NCBI GenBank assembly: GCA_964016885.1
Contig: OZ024742.1
Coordinates: 69,874,001 to 69,938,000 of the forward strand
Direction of reading: 5' to 3'
DNA length: 64,000 bases
DNA from: Eledone cirrhosa
Lineage: Eukaryota
In this document: one piece after another, positions 38,968 through 51,880 of the stretch
Numbering within the stretch: position 1 is the stretch's first letter
Layout of the letters: each line of letters starts with the position of its first letter
Position numbers and translations under genes: made by a program
The notes under the pieces: model-generated
Databases searched by the model: none
Told to the model about the DNA's origin: nothing
Seen by the model: the letters and a program-made list of their open reading frames with translations, nothing else

Positions 38968-41047
38968 ATATGTGTTTCAACATAACCTTGAACAAACAAA
39001 TTTATCGCCGTACGATAAAAGGATAAAGATCCCATAACTCCTTGTGGATTCGTAGAGGTACCGTCAGACGGCGTTCTAGGTTGGTATACAGTCTATTATA
39101 TATAGTGGTGCAGTCCCTATAGTATTGACTGATATGTTGTTATATGTTGTTATACTCAAATCTCATAGAATGCTTTGCAGTATTCGTTCCGGCTCGCTGC
39201 GCTCTGGGGTCAAATTTTATCAAGGCTAACTTTACCTTTCATCCTTTCGGAGTCGATAAATGAACTTCTAGACAAGTACTGGGTCGATGTTTCCGCTATA
39301 TCTTTTTTTTACTTCCTCTCTATCAACCGCTCTCTATCTCAGGAATCTGTGTTTAGACCAAGAGGGGGATGCGCCCCACCAAGTTTAATATGCTCATGAA
39401 ACACCGTATGCCACTCTGGCACACCTACGACTCCACCAGGAGTTACGGGTCCATCCATCCATTTGTGCGTTCGTCCGTCCGAACGCCCGCTCGCCTACCA
39501 ACCCATCCATCCGCCCATCAATCCATTTATCCATTCATACGTACATACATACATACATACATACATACATACATACATACATACATACATACATACATAC
39601 ATACATACATACATACATACATACATACATAGTGATTGCCCTATCTACACAGACGATAGCCGTCTCTTTGTGATCCCTCAATTCCATCACCGTCAGTACC
39701 TTTCCTCCCATGACCTTTCATGTGAGTTTTTAATCATGATGCAGATCTGCATGGTCTGACGCAAAGTTGTCACTTTTGCTTCACCTTTGTCACTATATAT
39801 ACATAATTTTTCATATGAGAGAAGATACTAATAGTAGATAGAATGATCAATATGTGGTTTCTATGTAAAATTGTGTTGAATGGCGATGTTTTAGAAATTT
39901 CAAATAATTGACATATCTCTGAAACAATGTGCTGAAACTAAAGAGTCGTTTTAGCCATTCAAAAACACACAAAAACTTAAATTCACTTTACATTTATCAT
40001 TTATTTTTTTGGATCAAATTTTTCGTCGCACTGTTTACGATGGACTTGGATCAGTGATCAGATAACAAACAGTACGAAAATAACTATTCCATGATGTAAA
40101 CAGTTTTGTTAGCTTCAAATTCTGACTGCTATAACATGTACTTAGTTGCTGGGAGATTGATAAACAGTTTATTTTCAGTGGACTAACTAGATACATTCAA
40201 AACTTTATAGTTTATATTGCTTCAGGTCTAAAATCGCCGCAGAAATTAGTGATGTGTCACCCTCAGATAGAATAAAATTAAGCAATGTTGAGTTTGCAGT
40301 TCATGTAGATAATAAATAAAAGGGATCCTTGAAGAACTCCAATAGGGAGAGGTTGATAAGATCACATTTTACCATTGTACTCAATTGTTGGGGTAACTGC
40401 GGAATATTTGAGCAGACCCATCATAAAAAAATATACCAACCGTGACAATCCGGAATTTTTTATCTAGGCACATCTTATTATCGAATTTGTCATGAGTTTC
40501 CAGGACGGCAATATATATTTGATATTTCTTTAGCTGCTATTTCTCGCATGTTTGTAGAGTTTCCTACCATACAAGTTTTTACCGACATACAAGTTATACT
40601 ATGAAATTACCTAGTTTTATAATGAAATAAAATAACCAGATTTAATTATCACGCTAGATCTTGTATTTCCAACATTATTATCACATAACTAAAAATTATC
40701 ACATATTTCAAGCTCGATATTCCATGTCACTCCAAATGTTAACATTTCGCAGAAGGCCACTGCCAGATCATTTTTATATGGCAACACAAATTTCCCTACC
40801 CTGACCTATGTAAAATGTTGTGCACAGTAGTTATTTGATCAATACTTCCGCGAAAACAATGGACGTTAAACTTCGCTTGTGTGGTGATGATAAAACCAAA
40901 ACATCCAGTGTTGTCACTCACACTTGTTGAAAATGAAACAAAATAATATTGATGATTAACTAATGCTTTATATTCCACACACTATAAATATTTCTAGTTA
41001 GTCTTTTAATACTCAAAATATTAGATATATTAATACTGACTTAAGTA

Positions 41048-41175
41048 GCGCGGAGGCGCGTGATTTGCGATTAGGTTGTTGGACTCACGATCATAAGGTC
41101 ATGAGTTTTATTCCCGGACTGGATGGTATCTGGTATCCTTGAGCAAGGCACTTTATTTCACATTGCCCCAGTTGG
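41048..41175 (+). mobile_element. Decayed tRNA-derived SINE (different family)
   Basis: GCGGAGGCGCGTG...GAGTTTTATTCCCGG...TCCTTGAGCAAGGCACTT. Confidence 0.55.
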
Positions 41176-42098
41176 AACATTTGTGGCGTGAAGGAGGAAG
41201 ATTGGCATGTATAAATGTCTGCTTGTTCTCCTCATATCACCTTGCCTGGGCTTGCATTTGAGGTGAAAGCTCATGGCCAGTCATAACTGAAGGAGGGCTT
41301 GTGTTAACAAACTATTGCATGATTTACTATGTTGACATACCTCATATGTATCGAGGAGACGAAGAAAGAAGTTATGATGTTTATGCATTCTCCACCTTTC
41401 CATTATTTTCTTTGTCGTTTGTTTTCGCTTTCACTTTACTAATACATACACATCCGCTGGTCTCTGTCCTCTGAGGCATTTTTGCCCATCTCTGTCATTG
41501 ACAGCAATTAGCTGTTTTAACAGCTGCTCTAGCGATGAGTTTTTTCATTTTTTTATTCACTCAAATATACTCTCGCTTCATCTCCATCAGAGACGATAAC
41601 ATTTATTCATTTAACTTTATCATAGCTATGATTAGCTTTTTATTTAGAAAGACACCACAGCTTGAAGTCCACTATCCAGTCATTTTCTTTCTTTTTTTTT
41701 TCTTTCGTCCTTCTATCTGTGCTGTTTGTTTAATCATACATACATCATATCAACAAAAAGATTTTTTTCTGTGGCACGATCCAGCATTTTAAAATGGTAT
41801 TGTAGTTACCTACATTCCGCGGGCTCACGTACATTCTCTGTGCGTGATTTGGCTCAGCTCAGCCAATCAGCGCCAGTAGAAGAGAATGTATCCCTACGCC
41901 TCCTGAAGGGAAAATTCCCGCTTGAATTTGAGAAATCACGCTCTCGCATCCTGAACTTCGATGGAACGACACGAACAATATGTAACGGTGAGATTTTCAC
42001 TTTGGCCTGCCGGCCTGCCTTGGGCCTGTCACATTCCTTTTGTAACCTTTTTATGTTTAACTACAATCATACAATTTAACAAACATTACTTTCTCCGT

Positions 42099-42282
42099 TG
42101 GATTGGCAGTATCGGTAGAGGGTCGGAAACCATGCTTTCCAGCATAGTTACGTCCCTTTACGATCTGAGTTCAAATCCCGCCGAGGTTGACTTTGCCTTT
42201 CATCCTTACGGGGTCGATAAAATAAAGTACCAGTAATACACTGGATAATTGCTGGCCTTGTGCCAAAAAGTAGAAACAATTA
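42099..42282 (+). mobile_element. SINE (major family), full length
   Basis: Box A TGGCAGTATCGG, box B, core and 3' end. Confidence 0.93.
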
Positions 42283-42863
42283 CTTTCTCACTACATCTAA
42301 ATAACTCTGCTAAACGGTGATTAATAAAACTGCTACAATCCAACATGTTTGTCACACACCACATCAATTCTTGTTATTCAATTATTGTTATAGTACTCTC
42401 AATTAAATCCTGCGAAACCGTGTTGCTGGTTTGAGAGCTAATGGGGTGAAGATGTGTGAGTGTGAACTTGTCTTGTACATCGTCTTTCTTTATTTCTTTA
42501 TTTTTTTCTTTCAGTCACTTCTATGCGACAAATAAATATCTCCTTATTCTCCTCTCCATTTGTACCTATCGCTGTTATTGACAGCATTTGGCTGTTCTAT
42601 TACTTTACAGGTTTCACAAGTTTCAAAATTTTCAATAGTGAATGAGTTACAAGAAGGCTGTGCCGTCTTGTAACTCATATACATATTTGTGTTTGTATGT
42701 ATGTGTGTGTATCAGTATCTAGGTGTGTGTATATTCATACGTCTATAAGTGTCTGTATGCGCTGTGTCTACATGTTTGTCTATAGGCTATGTCTATATAA
42801 TTAATTGTATCGTCTCCATTAATGCATGCCTATAAGTGTGACACAAATGTCGCTGTGTATCCA

Positions 42864-43325
42864 TCGTGGACTCTTTCGGCCTCCACCCGCTTTCCTGTCG
42901 CCACAGTGCCGGCCACCTTTCACGCCATGCTGCCCTCAACCAGGTCATAAAGAATGGCTTGGACGCTGCAGGCTTCCCTTCTCAGCTCGAGCCGGTGGGG
43001 CTGGACCGAGGGGACGGCAAAAGGCCAGATGGCATGATCATCTTCCCGTTCCGCGGTGGCAAACCCCTCGTCTGGGATGCCACTTGCTCTCCAAGTACCG
43101 GTCGCTCTCCGACAGGCTTGCGATCGTACTCTTGGCAGTGGAGACTTCTGGTGTCCTTTGCTCAAGGGCTACCTCCTTACTCACCACCATAGGCTCTGAG
43201 CTGGCCAGCCGCAGGTGTGAGCTTCGCGAGTTGGAATGGCTCTTCCAGCGCATCTCCCTTACCATCCTCCGAGGAAACGCCTTCTCCATTCTGTCCGCCG
43301 GGGCTGTGGGGAGGCCAGCACGTGG
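42864..43325 (+). mobile_element. CRE-like LINE 3' fragment (endonuclease), close relative of 26798-27360
   Basis: [23 protein letters not shown] / [20 protein letters not shown], with an internal deletion. Confidence 0.88.
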
Positions 43326-43669
43326 GACCCCATTTTCTTACCATACAGAGAGATGGGGTGGGCCAGAGAAATGGAGGCGATGACAGTGGGAGTTCGGCTG
43401 TTCTTTCATGTCTGCTTAGGTTACAATTGCATTGAGATAGAAGCTGGAATTGTCACCTTATTTCTTCTGTCTTTCTTTATCATTCTCTAACTCATTGAAA
43501 AATTAATGTAACTGTATATGTGTTTACCAATATTCTTTTCAAAATTACCTCACTGGTCAACAGCCATTATCCTGTTTAATACCTCCGTTATTTCACTTTT
43601 ATTTACTCCTTATGGTCTCTTAATTGTCGTCTACTCGCGCCTATCTAACCTCCAACATAAATCATTTTA

Positions 43670-43760
43670 GCACGCCCAATCATATTTCCGGTTCCGCTTG
43701 ACTCAATCATAAAAACATTGCTACTTCTGGCAAGGCAATCCCGCCTCATGACGTCACTAT
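43670..43760. promoter_or_regulatory. Promoter-like motif cluster
   Basis: CCAAT 43676, TTTCCGG 43685, TGACTCA 43699 and TGACGTCA 43749 within 85 bp. Confidence 0.3.
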
Positions 43761-43829
43761 CCCTTATACTTCTGGCAAGGCTCCAACCCCACAAGATAAT
43801 GAATTTGAACTACCATTGGAGATTTGAAT

Positions 43830-43871
<42 letters not shown>

Positions 43872-43875
<4 letters not shown>

Positions 43876-46800
43876 TTCTTTATTTGCCACAAGGGCGCAC
43901 AAGAAAAGGGGACAATACAAAGACATGCCGGGGTTTTACATACAGTCGTGTAAAAAATATAGAACAAACAATTACAACAATCGAAATCCCCAATAGGGGG
44001 GTGGCACCACAAATTGGTTGTTTAATACCCCATCGATAGAACAACCATCAACTCCAGGAGCGTGTTGTGCAAGTGCTCCTTTGTTCCTTTTGCTCTCTTC
44101 TTTAACCTACAGGCATATAAACAGAGAAGGCCCAATCACTCGGGCCATTTTTTCCACATTCACCCACCTTTCAGTAAATTTACTGGGGTGCAGTGCCTCT
44201 CTCTCCACTCTGATTCTCCTTCTAAAGTGGTACCTAAAGAAGGGAATCAATTGTTGTCCGGATCATCAGCCACGGCATTCCCAGCCCTCCGTTGGAAGGG
44301 TGCTGACAGCAGACGGATCTCCTCACCAGCGGAGCCTGCTTCTTCCACAGATACTTGAAGAGCATGCATTCCATCTTGGCGAGGTGTTCACGGGGACAAG
44401 GCACGACAGTCAAGCGGTAGTAGATGACGGACGCTATGGAAGTGTTCGCCACCTCCGCTCGACCTTTCAAGGGCAGTTTGCACTCTGCCTACTTCTGGGT
44501 GAGCGCAAACACCTTGGCCGTTACCTCGTTCCAGTTTTTCTCCACCTGGAGGTCTGGACCGAACCAGACCCCGAGCAATTTCACCGGTCCGTCCGTCCAG
44601 CGTCCAACGGCGCTGTCGGACGTCATCGGTTTGCCTCTCCACGTACCGAGTTGCAAACCGACAGACTTGTCCTGGTTTAGTTTTGCTCCCGTCAGCGTTT
44701 CGTATTCTTTCAGTAAGTTGCCAATCACCCCGATTTCCGAGGTGCTCGACACCATTACCCTCACGTCGTCGGCATAAGCCGACGCCGCTTTGCGCAGTCC
44801 CGGTTCTAGAGGGATGCCCTGCAACAGCTCCAATTTCCGCAGTAGTGGCTCTAGAGTCAATACATACAGAATGGAGGAGAGAGGGCATCCCTGTCGAATG
44901 GAACGCGTGATTGCGAACGGCTCCGATAGGTAGCCGTTCACCTTGACCCTCGAGCAGATGTTGGTGTGCATCGCCTCGATCCAGCCTCTGAAAATGGGAC
45001 CGAAACCGGCCGCCTTGAGAATCGCTTCCAAGTATCGATGGTCGACCTTATCGAATGCCTTAGACTGATCCAAATTGATCAGAGCCCCACCGAAGCCGTG
45101 TTTACTGCCCACCCTCTCTGTGATGTATCGCATGAGGTGGAGGTTGTCGTGTATGGACCTGGTCGGGATTGCACACGTTTGCGCTTTCCCTACCAGGTTC
45201 TCGACGACAAGCGCCAACCTCGTCGCTAGCACCTTGGCCAACATTTTTAACTCTGTGTTGAGCAGATTTATGGGCCTGAAGTTGTTAATTTCGTCCCCCT
45301 TGTTCTGGTCTTTCCTGATCAGCGTTACTACGCCCTTGCCTGCAGAACTGGGAATTCTCCCGTTCTGCTGCCAATTGCAGTAGACGGCCTCGAGGCCGCC
45401 AGAGAACAAGTCCGGCATGCCTATGTAAAACTCATAGGGTAGACCATCTAGACCGAGTGACTTGAGTTTCCCGCAGCGGCCCAGAGCGTCCCGTATCTCA
45501 GTGTCCGTGATCGGTCTTTCGCAGAACTCGGCGTCCGTGTTCGAGAGACGCGGTAAGCCGTCGAGGTACTAAAGTCCATTGCCCCGTTCGGCTCACCGTC
45601 GTTCTTTGCCCCGTTCGGCTCACCGTCGTTCTGCTCAAACAGACGCGCAAAGTGCTGCTGAAATGCTGCGCACATTCGCTTGGGGTCAAGTAGCACGCGT
45701 CCGTTTTGGTCTTTCAAAGACCGAATCGTGGACTTGTTGCCACTTTTTGCCTCCGCCACTCGGGCCCAGCTGACAGCTTTCGCTCCTTCGTTTCCTAGAG
45801 CACGTGTTTTGCTTCTGACCATGCAGCCTTCGTGTTTCGCGTCGAAGAACTGGTCTAGTGCCGTTCTCAACGCTAACACTCTAGCCGCGTTGCCACTTCT
45901 AAGTGCCTCCTCTACCTTGGCTACTAGTTCTCTTTCTATTCTGTTTTTCTCTAAGGTAACTCTCTGCTAAACTCTATCGAAACTACTCTAATTGCTTTCT
46001 TGAGAGAGTACCACCAACTATTGTTGACGATGGCTCCCGTTAACTGTTGCTTGACTAGTCTACTTATCCGTTCACTGTAAGCTTTACGTGCCGGCAACGA
46101 CACGTTCAGCTTCCAGTATCCGGGTCTCTGTCTATGTATTCTATCACGGTTGACTAAGGAGACGACTAATTTGTGATCTGAGTAGACAACCATGTGCATT
46201 CGTGGACAGCTTAACACATCCTTTCCCCTTTCTCTAATGAAGAACCTATCTAAATACGATCTAGATGTCCCACTGCGGTTTGCCCACGTCCACTGTGGTG
46301 CAGTCGGGAAACCCAGTCGATACCTATCGGCCAGTTGGAATTGGTCAATTAAAGTTTTGAGGCTGCTGCACCCTCCTACTATGCTCCCACATAGTCCCAT
46401 CGTGCATCTAGGATACCATTCCAGCCCCCCACTAAAAGTAAGGAGCGAGACGTTCCCAGAAAAGACTCTAGACGCTTAAAGAAGTCTGGCCGTGATTGCG
46501 ATTGCCCGGTCGGGGCATAAACGGCCACCAGTCTGAAGGCTCCACCTCCAATACTGTTCACGTCTAGGAATACCAGTCTACCCTCCGGGTCCAAGTGTAC
46601 TTGCTGTACTTCGACGCCCAGGTTCTTCCGAGGGTGGGGCTGTGTTCTTCAGGGGTGTTGTCTGTGTTTTTTATGTTGTTGTTGGTTGAGTGGCTGTTTG
46701 TTTTGGTGTATTTGCTTGTTTCGTGAGTTGTTTTGGTGCTGGTATTGGTGTTGGTAACAGTGCTTTCTTTTGTATTGATTTGGTTGATCGTGTTTGTAAA

Positions 46801-47512
46801 GGGCAGGAGGCCTTTAGGTGTGTTGTGCTACCACAGCGAAAGCAATGAAATTTACGACCCTCCACCGAAATGTTTATTTTGTTGTTGTCGTCGATGACGA
46901 CTTTTTCGGGTATTTTGGAGATTCTCTCCGGCTTCATTTGCATCAGAATCTCCAAATCAGTACCCGCCCACCTTTGTCTAATAGACTTTTATTTTGAAAG
47001 AATGGCATCGGTCTCTGGCTCCACGAAGCCAGCCAAGATCCACCAGATGTTAATGTTTGGTGGTATATATATATATTTTTTTTTGTGTCCCTTTTCCCAT
47101 GTACGGAGTGAAAAAAGGTGAATGCTTTTGACACCATTGGTGTCACAGAATGTTTTTGGGCGAGTGCCTCGCTTTTAAACAGTAGGGAAACACTTCCGTA
47201 CTGTTTTCCTCGTTGGAGAAAGTCAATATTTGCTAGAGTCTCCTTCAAGGTGGGTTCTATGTCTGTTTGACTCACACATATTGGCTTTCTCGTTGTGTTG
47301 GAGACAGTCCTGAAGGTCACTGTCCTTCGAACTGTCTCTTTTTTTTTATTTCGAGGGGTGAGTTAATTCTAAACCCAACCTTGTCTTCGAAAGTTACAAA
47401 TGTTCCCCCTTGGAGCATATCTCTTTCATTGGAGATGTCAAGATTTATAAAATCTTGTTTTTTGTTCACTGTTTCAGCGGAAGACATTTTTTTTGTGTGG
47501 TGTTGCTGCTGC

Positions 47513-47566
<54 letters not shown>

Positions 47567-48095
47567 CAGCCTCGGTGTTAGAAATCGTAATTTCTTGACG
47601 AGGCGAAATTTTATCTGTAGATGTATCTATGGAGTTGTTGTTGTTGGCTGTTTCATGTGTATGTATGTTAATAGGTTTAATTCCTGTGTTTTCCTGGGTG
47701 TTATTTTTCTCCGCTTTGACGGTAGAAATTTTAAAATCTTCAAGTGGTAATATTATTTTCTCTTTGTTGATAGTCGTATCCATGACGACGTCCATAGCAG
47801 CAGAAGCAGATATAACGTTAATATCTGCCTCTCTACCTCTCTTCTCTCTGTCGACGTTCTCTAGCGTTCTTTCCGAGTTATTCATGTTTTATAGTTGGCA
47901 AAATTTGATTTCTTTTTTAAACTACTTTTAAATTAAATTTTCGCCCCTAAAGGGGCGAAAAATGGGATTACTACCCAGCTGACAATTCAGCTTGGGGGTT
48001 AATCTACAAAATGATATGTTTTTCAAACAATTAGTTCGGTTTTTTGTATAGAAATTAACAAAAAAGCTTACCAGCGATGTTCCACGCGTCAGGCA
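43872..48095 (-). mobile_element. Near full-length Tx1/L1-like LINE with internal deletions, flanked by (GATA)n on both sides
   Basis: ORF1 pieces 47885-46671 with CCHC knuckle CFRCGSTTHLKASC. APE 46594-45951. RT 45418-44489 with YADD. 3' AAATAAAGAAA followed by (TCTA)n. Confidence 0.93.
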
Positions 48096-48116
48096 GATAG
48101 ATAGATAGATAGATAT

Positions 48117-48190
<74 letters not shown>

Positions 48191-48643
48191 CAGACGAACA
48201 GACAGACAATCAGACAGACAGATAGATAGATAGGTGGATGGACGGACGAACGGACGGACGGACGGACGGATGGATGGATATGTGGATAGTTGAATGGTTT
48301 GTTGGCTGGTTAGTTGGTTGGTTGGTTTGATGGAAGGAAGAGATGGATATGTAGGAAGAGAGTGAAAGAGAGTACAGAAAAAAAGAGAGAAAAACAAAGT
48401 ATGAGTGATATGCAGTGAGAATCAGAGAAAGAGAAGGCTAAATGGGGGAAAATTTGTTTCCAAACATTGGATATGTCCGGAGGTTACGACATATGGATAA
48501 TGTAAAATGTATTAGGGGAGATAATCCTGTATGCTGAAGGTAGGGGAAGATTAGTAAGATTAGTCATGTCAGTAAATGTGTGAGATAGTGGCTGTATTTC
48601 ATCAAAGCCTGAACAGTGCCATCGTGGTTAGAATCATCATTGA

Positions 48644-48650
48644 ACAACAA

Positions 48651-48681
<31 letters not shown>

Positions 48682-48704
48682 AACAACAGCAGCAGCAGCA
48701 ACAA

Positions 48705-48735
<31 letters not shown>

Positions 48736-48813
48736 AACAACAACAGCAGCAGCAACAACAACAACAACAACAACAGCAACAACAACAACAACAACAACAA
48801 CAGCAGCAGCAGC
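48644..48813. repeat. (CAA/CAG)n trinucleotide repeat
   Basis: Seen directly. Confidence 0.97.
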
Positions 48814-49123
48814 AGGAACATCAACAATAATCATCGTAATCACGGATTACAACGGACACAAAGCCAACTGGACTAGATTACTGATAGATTAATTATCAAT
48901 CAGAGAATTTAAGACGGAGCGTAATTACACATAGACACACACATAGTTCGGCCTCATACACAGACACACACACACACACACACACATATGACTGTGAGTT
49001 AAGTGTTTGCGTAACATTATATGGCATTTGATATATAAATTACTGTAGTATATGAGTATATTTGTACCTGTGTATATATGTGTGTGTGTGTTTGGTTTGT
49101 GTGTATGTATGTATGTATGTATG

Positions 49124-49170
<47 letters not shown>

Positions 49171-49352
49171 TCCTTCTCCTTCTCACCACTCTCTCGATGA
49201 AGGGTTTATGCCCAAAACGTCACACCCACACCCATCACTCTCAATAAGCGTGAACCTAATACCTTTCGTAACATTTACTCCTGTGTTGTTTTTTACTTTA
49301 CCAAATATATATATATATGTGAGAAAAACCACAGACCCTCCATCTCAACTCA

Positions 49353-49390
49353 CCTTTTGAAAAGCAGAAGAACTGCGAAACCGGTAAAGG
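49353..49390 (+). ncRNA. Minimal type I hammerhead fold with U3-A8 core
   Basis: CCTT TTGAAAA GCAG aagaa CTGC GAA ACCGGT A AAGG: stems I and II perfect, palindromic stem III, GUA triplet. Confidence 0.65.
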
Positions 49391-49453
49391 AACCAAATAA
49401 ATATATATATTTTAAAAAAAATAAGATTCCAGTTGCATTTTCGATTTCATCTT

Positions 49454-49495
<42 letters not shown>

Positions 49496-49557
49496 CTTAT
49501 ACATACATAAATTATATTTGGGAAAAGCAAACAAGCGACAGAAATATTTACTTAGAA

Positions 49558-49628
49558 CGTCCTGACTGCAGATTCGTTGAGTAAACCTCACTTTTGAGTA
49601 CTGCGAAAACCTCAACTCATCAGGAACC
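49558..49628 (-). ncRNA. Decayed hammerhead fold
   Basis: CTGATGA GTTGAG...CTCAAC GAA T CTGCAG TC: A15.1 is mutated and stem I is misregistered. Confidence 0.45.
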
Positions 49629-49892
49629 ATTTCCAAACAAGAAAGAATTCATCTGAGTTATCCACTACCAGGGATAATTTCGAGTGGTCAATAGAGGGGC
49701 AGCGATAAGTGGATATTGGCAAGTAAAGGGGCTGCTAATTAAATAGGTAATTGTTTCTTTATCTTGTTTGTTTTTCCCAAATATAACATTTATTATTCTC
49801 TGACTAATTGATTCTTATTAATTCCTTCATTGAGCAAAACTGGTATTGGTTGACTCATATGTATGTCTATACTTGTGTATGCATATATATAT

Positions 49893-50073
49893 AATTGTTT
49901 CTATTTTTGGCACAAGGCCAGCAATTACGCAGTGCATTACTGGTACTTTATTTTATCGACCTCGTAAGGATGAAAGGCAAAGTTAACCTCGGTGGGATTT
50001 GAACTCAGAATGGCAAGGGTCGTAACTCTATGCGTCAAAGCATGGCGTCCGACGCTCTACCGATACTGCCAAT
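49893..50073 (-). mobile_element. SINE (major family), full length
   Basis: Reverse complement of the family consensus. Confidence 0.92.
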
Positions 50074-50090
50074 ATATGATACCAGTTTTA

Positions 50091-50125
50091 AACTAGTAAG
50101 ACCATTATTCAGCAGAGTTCTCGAT

Positions 50126-50159
<34 letters not shown>

Positions 50160-50332
50160 GTGTGTGCATCGAGAACTCTGCTGAATAATGGTCTTACTAG
50201 TTATATATATTGAGTGAGTACCTTACTTACTGTGGTTACCTCCGATTCAACCCGGAATAACTTACCTATATATATATATAGGTAAGTTATTCCGGGTTGA
50301 ATCGGAGGTAACCACAGGAAGTAAGGTACTCA
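50091..50332. repeat. Two adjacent palindromes centred on (TA)n (50091-50202 and 50215-50332)
   Basis: The arms are reverse complements with ~1 mismatch each. Confidence 0.93.
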
Positions 50333-50367
50333 ATACATAGCAGAGTATAACAGTTTTAATATAGATG

Positions 50368-50418
50368 AGATTCTACAGGACTAGAACTGTTTCATTCTTG
50401 AGAAATCATCAGGAATCT
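50368..50418 (-). ncRNA. Type I hammerhead ribozyme, canonical core
   Basis: AGATTC CTGATGA T TTCT ca AGAA T GAA ACAG ttctagtc CTGT A GAATCT: stem I 6 bp, stem III 4 bp, GUA triplet. Confidence 0.75.
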
Positions 50419-50542
50419 GATAAAGGAAACAAATAAATATTCATAAAAAGGCTCCAGTTGCATTTTCGATTTCTTTTCCTTATACTTTCACTCGTGTAGG
50501 ACATCTCGTGTTTTTTTTCATTAAAAAAAACCTCATTTTCTC

Positions 50543-50575
<33 letters not shown>

Positions 50576-50658
50576 CGCGTATCTATGCTTATCGAAATAG
50601 TCTTCCCTCCCTCACTACATTTAATATCCCGTTTCCAAATGCGTACACACACACACAC

Positions 50659-50735
<77 letters not shown>

Positions 50736-51299
50736 TACATACATACATACATACATACATACATACATACATACATACATACATACATGCATACATACAT
50801 GATTGTTGCCCCCTCGTTATCGAGTATGGCATTGCACGATATACCATTATTAATAATTATTAATTAATTCTATCGTGCAATGCCTGTGCGTGAAGGTATT
50901 TTTTAAAGTGAGGAAAGATTGTGCACTGAGCCAATCCCACTCTCTGAGCGACAGTAGCTATAACCCGAAAAGAAAAGATCAACATCATCGGTAACTACTG
51001 AGCAGCAGGTTTTATATCGGAGTTATCCCAGTTTCTTGAGTTGCCTCAGGATATGTCGGGTCACTGTTGAGTGCTACTGGTAACATGTAACCCAGTACAA
51101 CCTGTCGCATGGTCGGGCCGTCGGCGACTAAACCGGCAACCCCACCAAGTTTACTTGGTGAGGAAGGTGATTTTGAACACTCCGCAGAACAAAAAAAAAA
51201 CCTGACAAAGGGCGGAAGAACTCATAAGAGTCAACGGCCATCCGAAAGTGTGTAAATATGTATATACACATTCATACATACGTACATACATACATGTGC

Positions 51300-51880
51300 A
51301 CAATAAAACAGTGGCTCACAATGTATTTGCTGTGCTTGTCCTAACACCAACGTTTGGAATACTCGATTAAACGATAGACGAAATCCGAGCAATTGATGTT
51401 AAAACCCGAAAAATCCTAAACACCACCGTGACATAGACCGCCTATACTTGTGACATAGAGTGACATAGACCGCCTATACTTGAAACGTAAGCAGGGAAGC
51501 AGAGCATTAACATGAGTCCAGACAGCATTTGAGTGTCGCATCATATTCTTCCGACAACATCTACAAACCTCCAAGCTAGGAGCCCATCTATTAAGCAAGT
51601 CTGTCTGCATGAGACAGGGATAAGATCATGAGAGTTGGGAAGGAACTCCTTGAAAGATACTCCCAGCATGATAATCACAAACTTACACCCAAGGAAATTA
51701 CCCAGCAATACTGCAGTGAATTCATGGATGAAAAACTGCATGCTTATCAGCAAAAAATCATGCATGGATATGTTGCCAGGAGGCTCCAGAGTCAGAGTAG
51801 ATAAGCAAAATAGTCTATCTAACTGGGTCATGGGTACTGCTTTTCAATCCCTAACAAAACAGTAATCACAGCAATATACT
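51300..51880 (+). mobile_element. Decayed R4/Dong-like non-LTR fragment
   Basis: NKTVAHNVFAVLVLTPTFGILD*TIDEIRAIDVKTRKIL..DIDRLYLKRKQGSRAL resembles the R4/Dong post-RT motif DRLYLPRxxGGRGL. Confidence 0.7.

Noticed and set aside
40796-40978. Short minus-strand ORF as an exon
   Set aside because: No recognisable protein features and ambiguous splice sites.
42099-42200. tRNA genes at box A/box B motifs
   Set aside because: No cloverleaf, extended A-B spacing and a shared downstream body: these are SINE heads.
45579-45632. Short tandem duplication inside LINE ORF2
   Set aside because: Ordinary post-insertion slippage.
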